Source: Moniliella sp. 'wahieum'
Taxonomy: Eukaryota
Direction: 5' to 3'
Assembly: GCA_003971905.1 (NCBI GenBank)
Contig: RSEE01000038.1
Location: 310,001-374,000 of the forward strand
DNA: 64,000 bases
The notes beneath the pieces were generated by a model. It was not told where the DNA came from. It did not search any database and was given only the letters and a program-made list of their open reading frames with translations. Below, in pieces: positions 39,876-51,204 of the stretch. The number at the start of each line of letters is the position of its first letter. Position 1 is the stretch's first letter. The translations under genes and the position numbers were made by a program.

Positions 39876-42250
39876 TTAGGCCCAAAGGAAGGTGACCCAC
39901 TTCTTCCACGCCCGTTGTGGCGGTTCGGGGGGTTCTGGGTTGTCCACATATTGGATAAGCCAAGGCCGGATGGGCACCTCTGCCAAGGGAGTCCAGTCCC
40001 ATCCGCTCCAAATGACCTGGTATCCAACTAACAGAACCAAATCGAAAAGCGGGCAAGCATAGGCCGAAACCAACGTTTCCGCATTGAAATGGTGCGGGAT
40101 GAAGATGGAGTAGCCACCAGTTACAAGGAAGAGAGGCAGCCCCCCAGGCCAAACCAGGCAGCGTAGGGTTGTCCCCACGTGGCCCAGGGCAGCTCGGAAC
40201 GGGGGATGCCTTGGGCACGCATGCCATAGTACACTTGCAAGCAATTGATGTTGATCACGCCCCATGTCCAGAGGATGCCAGACGAGCTAAACGATACGGC
40301 CCACTGGAACACTTTTTCGGCGTCTCGGTAACAGACATGTAGGACAACGCGATCCACATACAGACAAACAGCACCGCCACGTACGGCACCCCCCCACCGG
40401 TGTACCCGAAGGAAAATCTCAGGCGCGTTTCCATCTTGAGCGAGGCAGATGAGGCTGCGCGAGCCATTGAGAATCAACGAATCGGCGGCAGACCAGGCCG
40501 AGATGAGGATACCAGCGTTGATAACCGATTCCAATCCTTTCCACCGGCCCGATGGGCGGCCACCACAAAGGGAGAACGCGAAGTGATGTAAGGATCGTTG
40601 GATGCAACCACCAGGCCGACCATAAAACAGATACTGAGATAACAGCAGAAAATCCGTACAAACACCCGTTTGGTTGCCTTCATCATGCCCCGCCTCGGTG
40701 TGGCTGTCTCGGCCACGAGCAAGGAAATGGCTTCGCAATTTGCATACGAGTAAAACTGGCGATCGTAGCGCTCCAGTAGCCGGTAAACCGACCTGCGGCT
40801 CCACGTACAAGATATTCAGCTGTGGGGCCTGGGTCGTGCCAAAAGTGAAAGCCGAGGCGGGCCGGAACCCGCACCGAGGTCAATACGAGACAGACGATGA
40901 TAATGCCAACGACCATGATGAGTTTGAGGAGGGCAAAGTAGAACTCGGTTTCGGCCCAGGCACGTACGACTAGACAGAGTTAAGACAGAGTTAGCACGAC
41001 ACATTCCCGCGTGCCAATGGGGGAAAGTTTGCATACCGATAATGTTGGTCGCCACAATGGCTACACCGAGGATGGTGACAAAGATAGCAGGGCTAAGGTT
41101 GGTCCAATACTGGATGAGAACGGCACAGCTCGTCACCTCGCCCGCACAAGCAATCGCATTGTAGATCACCAGGTTCCAGCCCGTAGCGAATCCCAAACTT
41201 GCAGAGCTAAACACGGAAGAGTGGCGGGCGTAAGCGCCTGTAACCGGGGCCAAGGTGGTGACCTCACCCAAGGAGAGCATGGTGGCTGCCACAACGGTGC
41301 CCGAGGTGAGATATGCGAGTATGAGTAAAAGGGGGCCACACCAGGATAATGTCCTTCCCAGGTTCAGCCACACCCAACCCCGATCGTCCCAGTCAAGGCG
41401 ATCATTTGGACACTTAACGAACAAATCAAGGGTCAGGTCATTTGCTAGGGGATATCATCATGGGAGATGGGGGGTAATCGGCAAGGAGAGTAAGGGGGGA
41501 TACAGGACGGGAAAGGAGAGACGTACTGTCGTTGCCGGATGCCGGCCCGGAGACCATCGTCCCGGAAGAATTTGGTGCGTGTAGGCGAATCAACACGGGT
41601 AAGGTCACCATAATCTTTCTTTGGCCCGGCATAGCGGTCCACACTATCTTCCCAAGCATCGCCAAGAGGAGGGGCAGAGGAGGAGGAAGGTTCAGCTTCA
41701 GGTTGGTCTCGCTCGGGATCCAAAGGGGGCGACATGGCGCTGTGCAGCTTGGCTGGGGTGAGCCACGCAGCACCTTCGCCATTGACGGAGGGCTTGTCGG
41801 ACTCGGTGTAATTTGGGGGCTCGATGATCATGGACAACGACTTGCCCCGGGAGGCATTGGTTGGACTGCGCCACATGTTGGGCATATCAAACTCCTGGTG
41901 CTCTGGGATGTCGTCAAATCCGGTAGGACTCTTTCGTAGTCATGGGGGGATAGACCGGGGTGGGGGCTTTGGCCGGGCACACCGGACGCGGGAGATGCAT
42001 CCACATATCGTTCCGTTGTGACGGTCACGGGCGAGAGGATGGCGGTGGAGGGGTCAGGATGGGCGGGTTGGGCACCAAGCTGGAGATATTCGGAATCTTC
42101 AAGGTTCTCTTCGGAGGGCCCGAGGGTTGGATCGTGGAGCGGGCCTTGGAGCACAGCGAGTGGGAAGGCGCCCTGGAACGGGGCGGGCGGGGTGCTAAAG
42201 TCGGCCGCCGCATCCCGGCTGCGGCGGCGGAAACGGGGAAGCGAGGGCAT
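39876..42250 (-). CDS. Amino-acid permease (APC superfamily, yeast amino-acid transporter type) with a long disordered N-terminus
   Basis: GPLLLILAY...MLSLGEVTTLAPVTGAYARH...LGFATGWN...LIQYW, intron about 40970-41035, ETEFYFALLKLI, GFHFWHDPGP, LVAETATPRR...KATKRVFVRIF, SPFVVAA, SRSLICLAQDGNAP, YYGMRAQGIPRSELPW..WGQPYAAW. Confidence 0.92.
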
Positions 42251-44209
42251 GGTGCTGGGAGGAGGGCAGGAGGGAGGAGGAGGGAGGGGAGTGGAGTGGA
42301 AAGGAGGACGTGCCGCCGAGGTGGTTGGGGGCGGGAGGGGCTGCGAGGGCGGGGCGAATGCTGGCGGGCCGACCGATCATAAGCCTGGGCTGCTCTGCAT
42401 GGCGTGAGTGCTCGGCAACGCTTTGCGCTTATAGAAGGGGTGATTGGTGACTAGGTGGCTAGTGACTGTCAGGAGTGATATAGCGATAGCGACTAGTGGC
42501 TGGTGGCATCCTGGCGTCTAGTGCTACATTGATCTAATCGGCCATGGGGTCAGTTGCCGGCTACGCGAGATTGCGGCTGTGCCTGGATGCGGCCCAGTGC
42601 ATGGGGCCGCCCTGGAGCAGGCACGGGGAGCTGCATGCGCCCGGCCAGCCGGCGGCCGGGTATGCATGCTTGTGCATGTGCCGTCTTGTACGTATATAGT
42701 GTACGTATATAGCAGGTGAATTAACCCTCGCATGTGCCTGGCGTCATTCTGCAAGCCATACCTCTGCCACTCCTGCCCGTCTTCGTGCCGCACCGACTGC
42801 CCCGCACCAGGCCGCCCAGGCAACCCCGGACATTTAATCGTTAGCGCTAATAGCGTTGGGTTCAAGCGGCCTGTAAATGTAAGCTGCATCGAATAACGCC
42901 TAGTCTAAGATCTAACGCACATCGATCATCGATCACTGCCTTCATTCACCACGCAGCACTGCTGGTGTGCGTGGGCGCTTGCGCTCAGTTGGGGGAGGAC
43001 ATGGACACCACAGGACACTACAGGACACTGCTCCTGCGTGTTGCCACCGCAAACGGTGATCTGCACACACTGGCAGGGAGGGCGCTGGTGGTGCGATGCT
43101 TATCGGACCGATTACAGATTGTTTCCCGTTTAGGCTCAGCGGCTGGAGCTTGAAATTTCCATCGTATCTCAGTCCCTAGTCCACGCGTCACACGTCACGT
43201 TCACCACTCTCAGACCAGCGGCTTCACATGCCGATTCAAATTTCATGTGCCAGGTCTCCATCCCCGCCAAGTCTGCCAAGCTCCAAGGTGGATGCTGGGT
43301 GCTAGCAACACGATTATCCGTTGTCATTTACGCCAACGCTCCCCCCCCAGCGTGTGGCGCGAGGGTGTGCACATCGGCCACCCACAACAGGCATCTGCTT
43401 CGTCACACTGTGTCACAGACGTCACTCGCGCTATCAGTCAGATAGTCACTAGTCACTGCATCACCCATCACGCGTCACTATACCCCGACCCACACTCTAT
43501 ATTAGCCACAGTAGCCACAGTGATAGTGACTAGTTGAAAAGCTTTTGAAGCTTATAGCGCGTTTAACGTTTAGCGGTTTAGCGCTTAGCAGGATAGCTGC
43601 TATAGCTTGAAACGCCTGAGGCCCTGAGGTCTGGATCTGAAGTGCTTGAAGCTTGAAGATAGTCACTAGTCACCGCAGGTCACCGGTCACCGGTTACCGG
43701 CCGCTTCAAGCTTCAAAAGATTGCCTAGATGCGTTATTTGTGTGCAATTTAAAGCGACGCATCGTTGTGGATTGGTGCCGCACATGTGCCGCTTCCCAGA
43801 CATTCCACACATTTTTCCCGTGTAAGCTCAGTGCTGCTCGCTGCTCACAATGACGATCAACGTATGAACGACCAAAGTCAACATCCGTGCTAGTAGTACG
43901 ACGCATTTTTGCGTCAACAACACTACACTAGCGAAGAAAATTACAGCTTTTTGAGCCACTACGGGGGTTACTAGTTACTATATTCAGGGGCCTCAGGCCC
44001 CCTCAGCGCGCGCCTATAGGGCCTATAACCATCCGAAGTCTCTTCGCCCCTCTTTTCTCTTTTGCACAACGCAGCCACCCCCGGCGGCGGCGTTTGGCGC
44101 ATCGGTGCCAGTGTAATAAGTATCGTTGCGGTTGAAATAGACCACCACCGTCACCGCGTCACCACCATAAAGTGCAATTGGATCGCTCTCAAGAGGGCCA
44201 CACCGAAGG

Positions 44210-45175
44210 ACTCCAAGCCTCATCACAACGGCTATCCATACTATAATGCGCTAGAGCGCATCTTACCCCTGGCATACTGTAACCACATATCATTTTTCTC
44301 TTTTTCCTCCCCCGCCGCCTCGTCCTATCCTCGTCCGCCACAGTCGGCTCGGAGTGGATGTAGGTGTGTCGGGGATGGAGCGCACGAGCTGTGGAGAGAA
44401 TGGACTCCCGCACTATTCGTGCAATGCATCAAACTTGGACTGGGGGCAGGGGAAAGCCAGATGTGCTCAAGCGAAGATATGACGCCCCAGTCTTTCACAT
44501 GCTGAGAGCTTTTGGAACGGTACAAAATTCGGAACAGGACCAACCTGAACCTACTTGTCGGCGAACAGGAGGTACGCGGCTGACGGGTTTGAGGAGAGCC
44601 AAGTGTGGTTGAGCGCATTCCTGTGCTCGACCACATTATTGCGACCATCGGCGTCGTCAAAAGCTTCTTGAGCAGTTCCTGTGTCGCTCTTCTCCCATGT
44701 TTCCGGTAGCGATTCCGCTGCGCCGTAGATGCGTTGGTCCCGCGTACTTCCAAGGGGGCAACGTAAGTGGTAATAAGATATGGTGGTCAACGTCGTTGGC
44801 CAGAGCATGTGTGGGGGCAATATATTTACGAGTAAAACCGGCTGCCGCATCCTCCCATCCGGAGAGGCAGGCAGATGAGAGCACATATGTCAAAGTGATC
44901 GTCCTTCGTAACTTGTTGGGAGTTCTCATGGCCCCACATCTGTCTGAACTCGGTGCAGATGAAAATGCATTATCAATCTCGGCCAGCACTCGCCCTGGCT
45001 CTATCTGCATGGTGCGGAGCAGGACTCACAGCTTGGTGGGAGTGTATTGTACCGCCAAAAAGTAAAAAGAGGCGTCCCTGACGGGTGACGTCATCAATCT
45101 TGGACATGCCCTGCCTCTTCAGGCCAACCAGTTGTGGTCTCGGAGCCACAATCGGTGACAATCCTTCCCTCCCAC
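44210..45175 (-). mobile_element. Second, more decayed copy of the CRE-clade non-LTR retrotransposon
   Basis: Collinear nucleotide similarity to about 35640-36460, for example GGCTGCCGCATCCTCCCATCCGGAGAGGCAG and AAGAGGCGTCCCTG(G/A)CGGGTGA in both copies. It translates to WLSSNP, DWGVISSLEHI and TRQGRL. Confidence 0.85.
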
Positions 45176-45327
45176 GCAAGTACCCAGGATCTACTTGGTC
45201 CATCATCTGCATCATGATGGGCCCCTAAAAACAAATTGGGAGTTAGGCACACAGCCCTTTTGGTCTATACTAAGGTGTGCCAAGAAACCACGGTGGGACG
45301 GTGTTGATAATGTGGGGTATATTACGT

Positions 45328-45435
45328 CTGGTTCCTTGACCTTAGTGGCGCCTCCAAGTAACCCCCGCAAGATGAACGGTTCGGTTTAGACGTAGCGTTC
45401 CCCCTGTCCCAGCCTTAAGCTCTGTCAATGATATG
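45328..45435 (+). repeat. About 105-bp inverted copy of 35147-35256 (3' end region of the CRE element)
   Basis: CTGGTTCCTT...CCAAGTAAC.CCCGCAAGATGAA.GGTTCGGTTTAGACGTAGCGTT.CCCTGTCCCA..GCCTTAAGCTCTGTCAATGATATG aligns with the reverse complement of 35147-35256. Confidence 0.9.
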
Positions 45436-45856
45436 AATTCAAGATGAGTTAATGGGGGAATCTCATCCCAACACAACAATGCCGGTGGCATCGCTCAATG
45501 TGGTGTCGTATATCAGATCTCTATATGCATCCACCCAAAAGCAATGGGTGTGGGTGGGGTAACCAGTAACCGGTTACCGGGCGGTTAAGAGAGCCGATAT
45601 AATGTGTTTAGACTCGCCCGCTTCTCATCTATTTTTCATCGATCATCCCCACCGTGTGGGGCCCCACGGCAGCCGCCGGCCCGCGGGACAACGCTGTTTT
45701 GACAAAATAAGCCCTGGCCAAGTGGCTTTAATATATATCGGTGTACCCTAGTGCTGTAACAGGAGAAACCCCTCACGACCACCATCACTTCTCCTGTCTT
45801 CTCTATCAAACTGCATAAACCACCCGCACGAATTCACCATTTTCTGCCTTGGGCAT

Positions 45857-47168
45857 ATGAGTTCATCAAATGTCAAACTCACCGTCCTTCAAACGGCTGT
45901 GGCCGATGCATTGAGCGGTGTGCTGGCCAGTGCCGCCGTCTTCCCCCTCGACACGATCAAGACTCGGATTCAGGCTGATCCGAGCAAGACGCATTACGAT
46001 CACGGAGACCTGTATGCAGCCGATGGCACCCCTCGCAAGCGCCGACTTTCGTTCGGTGACGGCCAGGTGGCTGGATGGATGCGTGGGCGGATACCTTTGT
46101 TCCATGGGCTGCTGATTCACCTTTCCCATGGCCAGATCCTGGGTTTGTACAAGGGGTTCTCAGCTACAATGGTTAGCACTTTCTTTATGCGTATGTATTT
46201 TCCCCACCCCACACTCACCTCCGTTTTCTGCGCTGACCACAACTTGTTGAATTGGAACACGGGCAACAGAGCTGTGTTACTTTTACTGGTACACGCTCTT
46301 GCGCACCCAGTATGTGCGGCGGCTCCTCCGCCGTTCTCCTTCCGGTGCCCATCTGTCGACCTTAACGGAACTGGGGATTGGCACGGTGGCGGGGCAATGG
46401 CGCAACTTATCATTCTGCATGCACGCCATGCACCTTATTGCCACCAACAGCAATTGGCCTCAACTCGCTCGGCCCCATCCACGACGGCACCTCCGGAGGA
46501 GAAACCCAGAATGAGCGTTGATAATGGAACCGATCCGCTTACAACCGACAAGACCGAGCAATCGCCCACGCCCTCTCCGACTTTACCTTCTCCTGCTCCT
46601 GACCATAGCGTTATCGGGATTGCCAAACAGATTTACCAAGACCATGGCCTGACCGGTTTTTTACTCTGGCCTCAAGCCGACGATGCTCCTATGTCTCAAC
46701 CCGGGCCTGACATATGGGCTGTTCAACCGTGCGTCTTTCCCACATAACCTTCTTTTAACACTTCCTTCTCCGTATACTAACCTCCATCTCACACCAGGAA
46801 TGAAGGAAGCCCTTCTGAAAGTAACAGGGAAAAGGGCACCACGCCTCTCCAAACATTTGGATTAGGCGCAGCTTCCAAAACCGTGGCAACGGTGGTGACC
46901 TTCCCACTGATCCTCGCAAAGCTGCGCTTGCAGGCGCGGGAAGCATCCTCATCCGGGGTCGTACGAGCATGTGGGCATCCTACGGAAGTGGTTAGCGGGC
47001 CAAGGGGTGCGAGGTGCCTACCATGGCTTGGACTCGCACATCATCAAGACCGTGTTGAGTCAGGCTTTGCTTTTTGTTGCTAAGGATACGTTCGAGGCGG
47101 TGGCCTTGATGATCATTCTCTTTGGGCGCAGGGGTTGGCGGCTTGATGCAACGTCCTGCTCGCAGTAG
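45857..47168 (+). CDS. Mitochondrial carrier family protein, most similar in pattern to the peroxisomal adenine nucleotide transporter (Ant1-like)
   Basis: Carrier signature FPLDTIKTRIQA in repeat 1, GLYKGFSATMVSTF, LCLNPGLTYGLF, ATVVTFPLILAKLRLQA, GAYHGLDSHIIKTVLSQALLFVAKD. Introns lie at about 46191-46269 and about 46729-46797. Confidence 0.85.
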
Positions 47169-50009
47169 CTCTCACCAAAACGATATTCTCTTTTTTGTTT
47201 ATTTTCTCCCCGTGGGCAAAAGCGATCGATACCAAACCTCAACCACAATTGATTGGGGAACTCTTGCCCCTCAGGTCTGTGGACTCACATTGTGGCCCCC
47301 TTTCCCAACTTCTGGGGCAGAGGTCTGGTCAGGACCTTGCCTATATATTTTCTTGACGTTAAAATGTGATGACCGTGACGTGAACGAAGACTGACCCTCG
47401 TACAAAAGATAATAGGAACGATCGAGAAGAGGGGTGTTTGTGCCACAGGTACAAAAAAAAACGGCAGACGACCGAGATAAAGAAAACGAATAACTGGTCA
47501 TTGCAAACCCCCAAGGTGCACAGGCACAGTGATGGGATCTCAATGACACACAGGCTCCAACTAGAGCATGACTCTCACTAGGAAAAAAAGGAAAATCCCG
47601 GCCACAATATAGGCATTTTAGACGCGAGATCTGAGATCTGAGAGGGAGGCCAACAGCATGACTCGTTGAATGGCTGCGCGGGCCGATTGATCAACGCTGC
47701 TGGGCCACAGACAAGTCGACAAGCACGACCAAAGACCCGAATTACACGCAGCTTCTTGTCCGCCTCAAGGCTCGCAAGGAGAAGTTCGTATGCTTTTGGT
47801 CCTGAAACTGTGGAACCTGCCGAAGTTCCAAGTGGTGCATATTTCCCGCCACACCCTCGATGATGTTTTCGGACGCGGATATTGAGAAAGAGCCTGTGGC
47901 ACCTATGAAGACGAATTTGGGCCAGTGTTTTCCAACTAAGCATGTGGCTTCCCGCACTCAGCCTCAGGCTTCTGGCTGCGATTGTGTCGTTGATCGCACG
48001 GACGATGTGATGGACGACGAGCATCTCGAGGGGGAGGATGCTATTATAATCTCCCACCTCCCATACCAGGACAAATTTCCGTTGCGGAGACGATACATGT
48101 CGAGCCTCGGCATATGCAAGTCATTCAAAAGTCAGACGAGGATCTTCCCCCGCATCCCTTGCCTGGCAGACAAGTAGCAGCTACGCAGGCGATGGGGTCA
48201 AAGGTGTTGTTCCAGGCATCATCCGTCGTCAAATCGCGCCTGCGTTATTGTTTTTTTTCCACTGCCCGTGTTGCCTCAAGTGCAGCGCTAACGGTGGGCG
48301 ACCCAATCGCTCTTTCGCTCTACTCCTTAATCGTTCCGCCGGAAAGAGTCCGAAAGTGTACTCTGTCATCCAAATGCACTCGTCCCTCATTTCATCAGGG
48401 ACGACCACTGCACGGTGCTGCTACTGCCCCTTGAATAGGCAAGCCCTCTTACGCGTTGAAGAGCGAACTTTGACAGAATGTCGGATTCTACAATGCATTG
48501 GGCGTGGATTGAAGGTTGAATTACGATTGGATAGCTGACATATGTCTCCTCTTTTGTAGTGATAGCGTCCCTGTACATCACTTTCTTCCTCGCCATACAC
48601 ACAAGGGCATGAGCAAGGCCCCGAAGGTGACCTGGTGGATCCCCCAGTTGGGCCTTGAGCGCGGCCTTCGCTCTTGGTGGTGCAGCTACTTTCGGAAGAG
48701 CAGTGCCAACCAATTTTGCTGCTGTGGTGATGGTTGACACGGTGGCGGATGACGATTGCTCGCGGCGTATTGTTGCGGCGCCGGAGTAACTCTTTCTCGG
48801 TCCATAAGTATACCAGTAAATCCAGCTTGTGTATAGTATGTTCACCGCTGCAACAGTCTGTGATCGACCCTTCTTTTATCCTCTTGTGATCCTCCCGATC
48901 CTCCTGATCCTCCTATAGTCCTCCTGATCCTATTCTGTCGGACCCTTGAGGAATCACTTACCACATCACAGTTTGAAGCATGGCCCTAGCGCCTTTATTA
49001 CCAAACACTTATATCTTGGAGTAGTAGAAGACACGTTTGCTCAGATGGGCCCAACTCGCTCTGTTCTGCAATTTTTTCGGTGTTCTCGCATTTGTGACCT
49101 TTTCCGAAGACCTAAGCCTCACCCTCATCATGTGGGCCTACTGTGGCTCTCGTGATGCTATCTATGATCCCCGGGTGATGGCCACCTTACTGTGTTTTAC
49201 CATCAGCGAAAAAGTATGGCCGGTATTGTTCTTATACCCCGGTGTTCGGTAGGTGAACGCGCCAACAGTCTTTCTTTGTGCTTGTACACGGTGGAATATC
49301 GATGTAGCCAATCCCGTCTCCACCCCCTTACCATGCGGTGCGAGAAGGCCACAAGTAACCTTTTTGTTGTGGTGAGACGCCAGCCGCTTATAGACGAGAG
49401 AATGATGCCCTACAATATCGACGACGACCGTCCGACCCTGGCTTGTTGGCATAGTACTTGACCAGTGACTACTGCTCCCCTCGTAGTATTGATAAGCATT
49501 GACAAGTGTTCCTGTAGTATAGGGAGGGTACCTGCCTTGAAGCTTGATGAGCGCTGAGCATTTGAGTACACTGAGTACTGTGGGCCCCGACGGAGCGCAC
49601 GCGATTTCTGTTGTGATGTTGATAAGGTTCACGATGTGCCCTGAATAGACCGAAGACAATAGTACCACTATGTGTTGTGCCGAAACCATGTGGGCAGCTC
49701 GATGCTTTGCAACCGAAAGCTAAGTGCCACACCAGGCACTACGGGACCACTGAGGTATTGAAGAACTCATCTTCCACAAGATGTTAAACCCAGAATAACT
49801 ATAAGGCCCAACGTCTGCAGCACCACACCGTCCAATACTTTGCTCAAGCGTCAAGCTTCAAGGCTCCTGTGGAGCACATGACATATTCACACACAAGACA
49901 CAGACCAGACATACCTGGGTGGGTCCTTGGTCCTCTCGAACAGGGGGACCGATAAAATCCCAAATCTGGATTACTGGCCATAAGCTCATGAATCGTCAAA
50001 CATCGATCA

Positions 50010-51056
50010 TCAATCAGCGCTCAGCCCTTGAGCTGGGCCAACAAGCTCGATGCATCCATTTTCTGGCACCCCTTGAGTGACATGAGCTCCAGTGCCTTGC
50101 CAGTCGTATTCGGATCGACACCAGCCACGCATCCTCAACCAAAAGGGTGACAAAGCCAATTTGCGAGCATCAACAACTGTTGACTTGACGCAGTAGTCTG
50201 TCGCAAGCCCAATTACCACGAGCTGCTCGATCCCCGCCTGGGCCAAGATGCGGACAAGGGGGTGAAGGCCGTGTACCCCACACTGGCAAACGCCGAGTAA
50301 AAGTCTTCATTAGCCAATTGCCCTTTGGGGGGTCAACCACCGTGGGACCCTTGTTGCGCGCCATGAGCTCCTCCATCGCAGCTTGCACACCCCACCAGAG
50401 CAGCCCCATGCGTCCCGTGGACACAGTGGTCCGGCCATAAAACCTGATGAATCACCTCGAGCCCGGACTGGCCATCTGGGATGCGGTGGCCCTGTGCGTC
50501 GACAGTGATCGTCTCAAAGGGGGGAGGGAATGTGTGCTTGCGAACGAAACGTGCCCTTTGGATGGTCGTCCTGGCATCAGCATCAGCGGTCAGTCAATAA
50601 GAGCCACTTCAACGCGCTACTTTTGAGGATCAACAGTGCAACAATGAACGTTCCAGGTTCAGTTCGCTTTGGGTTAGGAGCCAGAGAGACAGCAGCAGGG
50701 GGGGGATGAGACTGTTGGGCTGGATGTTGGATGGCCTCCGACAGAATCGGATCTCCAGTGCCAGCAGGAACACCGCCACTCAGCCGCCCTGGTCCCCACG
50801 ATGTCTCTCTGACCAGATTTCCCGCAGAAAAGGGAACGGATAAGGGCAGGATGCATGAGAGCGGAACGTACGTGTAATATAACCATGTCCCATGGACTTG
50901 CTGCGCCGCCTGCGCCGTGGGCTCGGATCAATGATTCGATACATGGAAGGACTTTGTCTGCCCCAGGTACCCGAGGGACCCTCACACAAGTCGTGCTGCA
51001 CATCCACCACCACCAGCGCCGTCTTCAGTCGTGGAGAGAAAGTCGAGGGAGGTCAT
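50010..51056 (-). CDS. PNC1: Nicotinamidase/pyrazinamidase (isochorismatase family)
   Basis: KTALVVVDVQHDLCEG, intron about 50571-50871, DDHPKGHVSFASTH, LWPDHCVHGTHGA, FYSAF, AGIEQLVVIGLATDYCVKSTVVDA (catalytic Cys motif). Confidence 0.88.
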
Positions 51057-51204
51057 GGAGGGACAGGTCGTTTCAAAGAAGAATAAGACAGCGTGAAAAA
51101 GGGAGGTGATCTTGCGTCAAACGAAGTTTGTTGCAAGGGGAAGATCGAACGTGACAAAGCGTAGCTGAGGCCGTAGGAAGCAAACAAATTGAGACAGCGC
51201 CTCT

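Noticed and set aside
45857..51056. Ant1-like carrier and PNC1 as a peroxisomal NAD/nucleotide gene cluster
   Set aside because: Only two convergent genes about 3 kb apart, with no evidence of co-regulation, so adjacency is probably chance.
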